NCBI GenBank assembly: GCA_027492515.1
Contig: JAPUEP010000196.1
Span: 1-51,489, forward strand
Length of the DNA stretch: 51,489 nucleotides
DNA from: Hyphomonadaceae bacterium
Lineage (GTDB): Bacteria > Pseudomonadota > Alphaproteobacteria > Caulobacterales > Aquidulcibacteraceae
Direction: 5' to 3'
The notes below the pieces were generated by a model that was not told where the DNA came from, ran no database searches, and worked only from the letters and a program-made list of their open reading frames with translations. Positions 45,590 through 51,489 of this stretch are shown here, piece by piece. Position 1 is the first letter of the stretch. Each line of letters opens with the position of its first letter. The position numbers and the translations under genes were made by a program.

Positions 45590-46801
45590 TTATATACGTT
45601 GAATAATTGTTCCTGTGCCCATACCTGCGCCAACGCAAAGGTTGATAAGGGCGGTTTCTTTTCCTGTACGCTCTAATTCTTCAAGAACGATACCAACAAT
45701 CATTGCGCCAGTTGCGCCAAGTGGGTGACCCATTGCAATTGAACCACCGCAAACATTGATTTTATCATGCGGGATATCAAACGCCTGCATATAACGTAAA
45801 ACCACCGATGCAAAGGCTTCGTTAAGCTCAAATAAATCGATATCTTTCGCACTCATATCCGCTTTTTTAAGCACTTTTGCCGCCACAAATTCAGGGCCAG
45901 TAAGCATGATTGAAGGTTCAGAACCAACAGATGCAGTGGCAATAATTTTCGCACGTGGTTTTAAACCTGCGCGCTCGCCCGCTTCTTTTGAACCGATTAA
46001 AACACCCGCAGAACCATCAACAATACCAGAAGAATTACCAGCATGGTGAACGTGATTAATTTTTTCAAGCTCAGGGTAGCGCTGAAGTATTACCGCATCA
46101 AAACCCGGCATTACTTCGCCCATCATTTTGAATGATGGTTCAAGGCTTCCAAGGCTTTGCATCGATGCATCGCCGCGCACGGTTTCATCATGGTCAAGAA
46201 TGATTGTGCCTAATTGATCTTTAACTGGAAGGATTGAACGTTTAAATCGCCCCTCTGCCCATGATTTTGCCGAACGTTTTTGGCTTTCAACTGCATAGGC
46301 ATCGCAATCATCGCGCGAAATTCCATATTTAGTTGCAATTGCATCGGCAGAAATACCTTGTGGCACAAAGCGGGTTTTAATCGCAACTTGTGGGTCGGTT
46401 GGCCATGCGCCACCGTCTGAACCCATTGGAATACGGCTCATACATTCAACGCCGCCGCCAATGGCAAAGTCAGCCTCACCAGCGATTACTTTGGCGCTTG
46501 CCATATTCACAGCCTCCAAGGCTGATGCACAGAAGCGGTTTATTTGAACCCCTGCGGTGGTTTCGGCATAATCAGCCATCAAAACCGCAGTTCGCGCAAT
46601 ATCTGCACCTTGTTCACCAATTGGTGTAACACAGCCCCAAATAACATCATCAACTAATGAAGTATCAAGAGAATTTCTATCACGAATTGCGCCCAAAATT
46701 TGTGAAGATAATGAAAGCGCCGTTATCTCATGTAGGGAGCCAGTATTTTTACCACGACCACGTGGGGTACGAACTACGTCATAAATATAAGCCTCAGTCA
46801 T
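45590..46801 (-). CDS. acetyl-CoA C-acyltransferase (thiolase)
   Basis: RTPRG, NRFCAS, NSSGIVDG, ELNEAFA, GHPLGATG, LCVGAGMG. Confidence 0.96.
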   Translation of the reverse strand: MTEAYIYDVVRTPRGRGKNTGSLHEITALSLSSQILGAIRDRNSLDTSLVDDVIWGCVTPIGEQGADIARTAVLMADYAETTAGVQINRFCASALEAVNMASAKVIAGEADFAIGGGVECMSRIPMGSDGGAWPTDPQVAIKTRFVPQGISADAIATKYGISRDDCDAYAVESQKRSAKSWAEGRFKRSILPVKDQLGTIILDHDETVRGDASMQSLGSLEPSFKMMGEVMPGFDAVILQRYPELEKINHVHHAGNSSGIVDGSAGVLIGSKEAGERAGLKPRAKIIATASVGSEPSIMLTGPEFVAAKVLKKADMSAKDIDLFELNEAFASVVLRYMQAFDIPHDKINVCGGSIAMGHPLGATGAMIVGIVLEELERTGKETALINLCVGAGMGTGTIIQRI

Positions 46802-47241
46802 TATTCTTCCCCTTGTTTAATTTTATTAATCGCCAAAGATGATGTGGCGCGCGCTGCTATTTTATTACGGCTATCATAAAGTTCGGCTTCGGCAAACATA
46901 ATATTTTTGCCTGTGGACGTTATTTTTGCAGATACCGTTACGTCATTTTCAGACTTTTTGCAGTGAATCGGGCGAAGATATTGAACGTTCAAATCAATCG
47001 TTGAAACAATTGCCCTTCCGCCCATTTTTACCATGCATAACATGCCAATTGTATCATCAAGCATTGCCGCCAAAAAACCGCCCTGAATTGTACCCATCGG
47101 ATTGGCAAATTCAGCTTTTCCAACAAATTTAACCTTGGTTGTTCCTGCTTTTATATCAAGCTCGATAAGTTCAAAACCCAAGGTTTTTGAACATGGGGCG
47201 TGTTCAAATAGACCCGCTTTTTCAAATAATTCTTTTACCAT
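46801..47241 (-). CDS. PaaI family thioesterase
   Basis: NPMGTIQGGFLAAMLDD, TIDL.VQYLRP. Confidence 0.92.
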   Translation of the reverse strand: MVKELFEKAGLFEHAPCSKTLGFELIELDIKAGTTKVKFVGKAEFANPMGTIQGGFLAAMLDDTIGMLCMVKMGGRAIVSTIDLNVQYLRPIHCKKSENDVTVSAKITSTGKNIMFAEAELYDSRNKIAARATSSLAINKIKQGEE

Positions 47242-47690
47242 TATGCAATCTCAACCTCGGCCTTGATGCTGTTTGCAATGTTGCAAACATCGTGTGCCTT
47301 ATGATGAAGGTCTGCAAGCTCATCCACGCTTGGGGCATTGCCTTCAAAGTCAACTTTTGGGTTTAGGGTGATTTTGGTAATCGAAATTTTGCCATTTTCA
47401 TCTTTGCCCATAATGCCAATTGGGTCATCATTATATGAATTAACAACAAATCCTGCGCGTCGCGCCAAATCCAAAAACCAAAGCATGTGGCATGAAGAAA
47501 GTGCCGCAACCAACAATTCCTCTGGATCTGCGGCATCAAGTGCGCCAAGTGGCGGTTTAATCATTGGGTTTGGCGCGCCTGCAATTGAAAAGCCACCATC
47601 AAAGGAAATTAAATGCTTGCGGGCATATTTGCCATCAGAGAATGCCTGATCACCACGTTCCCATTTCACATTGGCTATATGTTCGCTCAT
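47241..47690 (-). CDS. OsmC/Ohr family protein
   Basis: DPEELLVAALSSCHMLWFL, HHKAH..C.IANS. Confidence 0.92.
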   Translation of the reverse strand: MSEHIANVKWERGDQAFSDGKYARKHLISFDGGFSIAGAPNPMIKPPLGALDAADPEELLVAALSSCHMLWFLDLARRAGFVVNSYNDDPIGIMGKDENGKISITKITLNPKVDFEGNAPSVDELADLHHKAHDVCNIANSIKAEVEIA

Positions 47691-47762
47691 TTTAATGCTC
47701 CTGATATTTTGTGAATTGGGAGCGATATTAAGCCTAATAATAAGCCATTAAAAGATAATAAT

Positions 47763-48239
47763 TCAATTATTTTGGGAAATAAATGTTTCGGTATTTTTCA
47801 TTCGCAACACAAAAGATAATGCGCCAACTAAAGCATATATAATTAGCCTATAATCTTCAATTTTTTGCCCACCAATCATTCCCAAACTATGGCCTAATCC
47901 ATTATTTATTACCGTGCCGAAAAAAACAAAAACCACCGCAACTAATAAATACGAATAAATTAAGTTTAGTTTCTTTAAATGAGTTTTTATGAATGCGGTT
48001 ATAATCGAAATTGGAATTACTAAAACGAAAAAATTAAAGCTTAAGAGTAATAAAAACATACCAAACATGCTTATAATAATTTCTAATAAGCCCTTGTTTA
48101 ACAAATTACTTTCTGGCTTTGAAAAATAATCATAAACAATATTAAAGATAAGTTGGAACAATGAAATATCAACTATAACCGAAGCTATAAGTCTGGCATA
48201 TAACATTATTATTGCTAATGAGATTGCAAATTTTTCCAT
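47763..48239 (-). CDS. hypothetical membrane protein (~4 TM)
   Basis: Intact hydrophobic ORF, very AT-rich. Confidence 0.6.
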   Translation of the reverse strand: MEKFAISLAIIMLYARLIASVIVDISLFQLIFNIVYDYFSKPESNLLNKGLLEIIISMFGMFLLLLSFNFFVLVIPISIITAFIKTHLKKLNLIYSYLLVAVVFVFFGTVINNGLGHSLGMIGGQKIEDYRLIIYALVGALSFVLRMKNTETFISQNN

Positions 48240-48319
48240 ATATTAAATTAATATTGTTTGATTATAAATATTTTCTAAATTGTATATGAATATTGCTAAA
48301 TATAGTAGATATTTTTAAT

Positions 48320-48802
48320 TTAATTTTTTTTGGAATATAATTTTATATAAATAAGTGCACCAAAGATTCCAGAAAAAATTGGCATAAAAAACTTATCTAT
48401 ATTTAAAACAAATAAATTTGGCGTATTTTGTGTAATTCCAACAATAAGAAACGCCAAATACCCACCAATTGCCCCTATAATAATACGGACCCAAAACTTT
48501 ATATTTTCGGGTAATTTATTTGTTGCCTTGATTGTCATCGGCCCAATGATAAAAGCAGAAGGTGCGCCAATGATTAATCCGGCGGTTGCACCAAACATTA
48601 AAACCAAAAGCGCCGCACTAATTTCATTTTGCAAATTGAATTCGAAAATCCTTGGTTTTGGGAAAATATAATCTGCAATAATATATAAAGTGGCAATGGA
48701 CAGACCGGTAAAAACCCCTGTTAAAATTGAAATCCAAACCATTTTCATCCATTCAGATGGTGGCTTTTTATCACTTGGGGCATCATACCAATTTTCAGTC
48801 AT
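48320..48802 (-). CDS. hypothetical membrane protein (~4 TM, Gly-rich helices)
   Basis: Intact ORF with GxxxG-containing hydrophobic segments. Confidence 0.7.
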   Translation of the reverse strand: MTENWYDAPSDKKPPSEWMKMVWISILTGVFTGLSIATLYIIADYIFPKPRIFEFNLQNEISAALLVLMFGATAGLIIGAPSAFIIGPMTIKATNKLPENIKFWVRIIIGAIGGYLAFLIVGITQNTPNLFVLNIDKFFMPIFSGIFGALIYIKLYSKKN

Positions 48803-48846
48803 AATATTTATTTATATCATTTTTATTTTTAAGCCAAATTTGAAAT

Positions 48847-49962
48847 TTACTGCGACGCATTAATAATTGGCATCGGCGGTTTCGGAAGTGAAAATTTATA
48901 AATTATGCCAAAGACAAAGCCGATAATGAAAAATGTTAATGGGTTTAAAAATATAGAAAAAACACCACCATAATTATTAAATAATCCACCAATCATTATC
49001 AAAAAGGCAATTGCGCTAAAAGATATACCGCCAATTAGACCCAATTCTAATGCTGTGTTTTTGAGATTAATAAATTTAGCCAATATGAATAGGGCTATAG
49101 CAAATACGCGATATGCTAAAAATGCTATAATTGAAATTATAAAACTATCCATGAGCCACATGAAAAGCAAATTTGCGCCATAATCTAATTCGGTTTTAAA
49201 TCGTGCGGGTTTTAAATATTCGCCTATTTTAAAGGTTTGCTGGCTTGCTATTTTTAATAGGGCCATAATCTGTCCAAAAGCTAAGGCAGCATTTAGGTGA
49301 CTATATTCACGTTTTAGAAGATTTTTGCCTTCTTTAAAGGCCGTGGATTTACCATGTGTGGCAATTTCTTTGATATCAATTTTTTGCTTGTTGGTGATGT
49401 TTTTCATAAATAAACAATGCGCCAACCAAGTTTTAAATCGTTCTGAGCGTGACCATGTTTGGGTTGAATTTTCATCTTCAAATTTTTGAATTCGCGACAA
49501 AAGCCATAAATATACAAAAGGTAGAAAAAATGACATTTTTACAAATTTTGAAATAGGATCATTTGTAAACTCAAAGTCCATTATTATTGCAAAAAACACC
49601 CAAATCACTTTTGAGCTTATTATAAATCCCAATATGGATGCTATGGAATAAACCAATCGTCGTTTTCCAAGATAATTATATGGAATGGTCATTATTATTG
49701 AAAAAACCCAAATCCACATTGCAAGAAAGACAATTGCCACGCTGGTTTTTGCAAATTCTAGACCCGATTGCATCAAAAAACCTATGCCAATTCCTCTAAA
49801 TACAGATAAAAGCAATTGATCAAATATCAATAAAAGTAGAAAAACGAACAACACAATCGCGCCATAAATTAGGGTTATTATACTTGCGCCTTGATGTGGA
49901 TAATTATTTATGCTGTTTACATTATTATTATACGAAGTAAAATTTTGTTTATTATTATACAA
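48847..49962 (-). CDS. hypothetical polytopic membrane protein (start uncertain)
   Basis: 371-codon open frame in AT-rich DNA; two hydrophobic blocks separated by a polar linker. Confidence 0.65.
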   Translation of the reverse strand: MYNNKQNFTSYNNNVNSINNYPHQGASIITLIYGAIVLFVFLLLLIFDQLLLSVFRGIGIGFLMQSGLEFAKTSVAIVFLAMWIWVFSIIMTIPYNYLGKRRLVYSIASILGFIISSKVIWVFFAIIMDFEFTNDPISKFVKMSFFLPFVYLWLLSRIQKFEDENSTQTWSRSERFKTWLAHCLFMKNITNKQKIDIKEIATHGKSTAFKEGKNLLKREYSHLNAALAFGQIMALLKIASQQTFKIGEYLKPARFKTELDYGANLLFMWLMDSFIISIIAFLAYRVFAIALFILAKFINLKNTALELGLIGGISFSAIAFLIMIGGLFNNYGGVFSIFLNPLTFFIIGFVFGIIYKFSLPKPPMPIINASQ

Positions 49963-49990
49963 AATACGCCCCAGAAATAAATCTAGGGCG
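49961..49990 (-). terminator. probable terminator after the acyl-CoA dehydrogenase
   Basis: Minus strand CGCCCTAGA-TTTATT-TCTGGGGCG-TATTTT. Confidence 0.6.
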
Positions 49991-50037
49991 CATATTACTT
50001 TAAATTAGTTCAGTGTTTATTAATTGGCAGGTTTTTA

Positions 50038-51489
50038 TTAAAACTCATCCGCGCTTAGCGCCATCATGCTTGTGGCGCCGGTTTGGATTTTTGCTAAATG
50101 TGCGGCGCAATCTGGAACGATGCGCTCCATGAAATAGGTCGCGGTTTTAAGTTTTGTGTCATAAAACGGCTCTGAACCTTTTTTCTCAAGGGCCGATTTT
50201 GCCATAATTGCCCACATATATGAAAGGCCGCAAATGCCAAATAAATGCATATAATTTGTTGACGCCGCACCTGCATTGTCAAAATTTACCATGCCATTTT
50301 GCATCAACCACATTGTTGCCGCCATCAAAGCATCTTTTGAAGTTTTTAGACCTTTAATATATGGCGCAAGTTCAGCATTTTCAGAATTTGCTTTAACAAA
50401 AGCGTCAATTTCGCCAAAGAATGTTTGAACTGCACGACCGCCATTCATTGCAAGTTTGCGACCAACCAAATCAAGCGCCTGAACGCCATTTGCACCTTCA
50501 TAAATCATTGCGATACGGGCATCGCGTACATATTGGCTCATGCCCCACTCTTCGATAAAGCCGTGACCGCCGTAAATTTGCTGTCCATTAACGGCATTTT
50601 CGAAACCTTTATCGGTGATATAGCCTTTAAGAACAGGCGTTAGAAGCGCCATATAATCACTTGCTTTGGCTTTTAATGCCTCATCATTGGCAACATGCAT
50701 TAAATCACCATACAAAGCCGTCCAATAAAGGAAACAACGCGCGCCCTCATTAATGGCTTTGGCATCCATAAGCATACGGCGCACATCGGGGTGCACAATG
50801 ATTGGATCGGCAGGGCCAGTTGGGTTTTTAGGGCCAGTTAAAGAGCGCATTTGCAATCTATCTTTGGCATAAATAACCGCATTTTGATATGATGATTCAG
50901 ATTGGCAAAGCCCTTGAAGGCCCACACCCAAACGCGCCACATTCATCATAACGAACATTGCATTAAGGCCTTTGTTTTCTTCACCCACAAGCCAACCTTT
51001 TGCGCCGTCATAATTCATAACGCAGGTTGAATTGCCGTGAATACCCATTTTCTCTTCAATTTTACCGCAAGTCGCAGGGTTTCTTGCGCCCAAAGAGCCA
51101 TCTTCATTAACAAGGAATTTTGGAACTACAAAAAGTGAAATCCCTTTTGTGCCTTCTGGCGCGCCTGCAATACGGGCAAGGACAAGGTGAATGATATTAT
51201 CACTCATGTCATGTTCACCAGCGGAAATAAAGATTTTTTGGCCTGTGATATTATATGAACCATCGCCATTATCTTCAGCTTTTGTGCGCAATAGACCCAA
51301 ATCAGTTCCGCAATGCGGCTCTGTAAGGTTCATTGTGCCTGTCCATTCACCTGAAACCATTTTTGGCAAATATCTTGCTTTTAATTCATCGCTACCATGC
51401 GTAAGTAGTGCCGAATATGCGCCATGTGTAAGCCCTGGATACATTGCCCACGCCATATTCGCAGATGATGCCATTTCTTGTAAAGAAAG
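50038..51489 (-). CDS. acyl-CoA dehydrogenase (long, C-terminally extended type), 5' end outside window
   Basis: [47 protein letters not shown]; frame open to the window edge. Confidence 0.95.
   Translation of the reverse strand, partial: LSLQEMASSANMAWAMYPGLTHGAYSALLTHGSDELKARYLPKMVSGEWTGTMNLTEPHCGTDLGLLRTKAEDNGDGSYNITGQKIFISAGEHDMSDNIIHLVLARIAGAPEGTKGISLFVVPKFLVNEDGSLGARNPATCGKIEEKMGIHGNSTCVMNYDGAKGWLVGEENKGLNAMFVMMNVARLGVGLQGLCQSESSYQNAVIYAKDRLQMRSLTGPKNPTGPADPIIVHPDVRRMLMDAKAINEGARCFLYWTALYGDLMHVANDEALKAKASDYMALLTPVLKGYITDKGFENAVNGQQIYGGHGFIEEWGMSQYVRDARIAMIYEGANGVQALDLVGRKLAMNGGRAVQTFFGEIDAFVKANSENAELAPYIKGLKTSKDALMAATMWLMQNGMVNFDNAGAASTNYMHLFGICGLSYMWAIMAKSALEKKGSEPFYDTKLKTATYFMERIVPDCAAHLAKIQTGATSMMALSADEF

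Noticed and set aside
1-51489. CRISPR arrays, tRNA/rRNA genes, integrases, transposases, recognisable defence systems
   Set aside because: None seen. Intergenic gaps are short and explained by promoters or terminators, and no regularly spaced repeats were noticed by eye.

Overview
AT-rich (judged by eye), densely packed alphaproteobacterial chromosome segment, most consistent with Caulobacterales (GapR/DUF2312, TIGR02302/DUF4175, hydrolase-astA-astD cluster, hemE-hemH-hemJ). It is mostly core or metabolic: heme synthesis, folD-yggU-yggT, a divergent PEP carboxylase, a polyamine uptake/gamma-glutamylation operon, xth, Leu dehydrogenase, a partial AST arginine cluster, an mch/RutE/GMC/SDR operon, galU-GT2, a TetR-controlled RND efflux system, ppa, leuC, msrA, lipid-catabolism genes and three orphan membrane proteins. 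I saw no rRNA, tRNA, CRISPR, integrase or transposase. The best novel candidate is a structured ~115-nt leader (minus strand, ~36828-36945) upstream of a small DUF2798 membrane gene. It has an SD-sequestering helix, mutually exclusive alternative pairings and an embedded Val/Leu-rich 20-codon uORF, so it may be an unclassified riboswitch or attenuator. Other leads are a triple NtrC-like box array upstream of the atypical ppc, an RND permease with a 52-aa two-helix insertion, and operator palindromes at the polyamine and efflux promoters. All family calls come from motif recognition; no searches were run.
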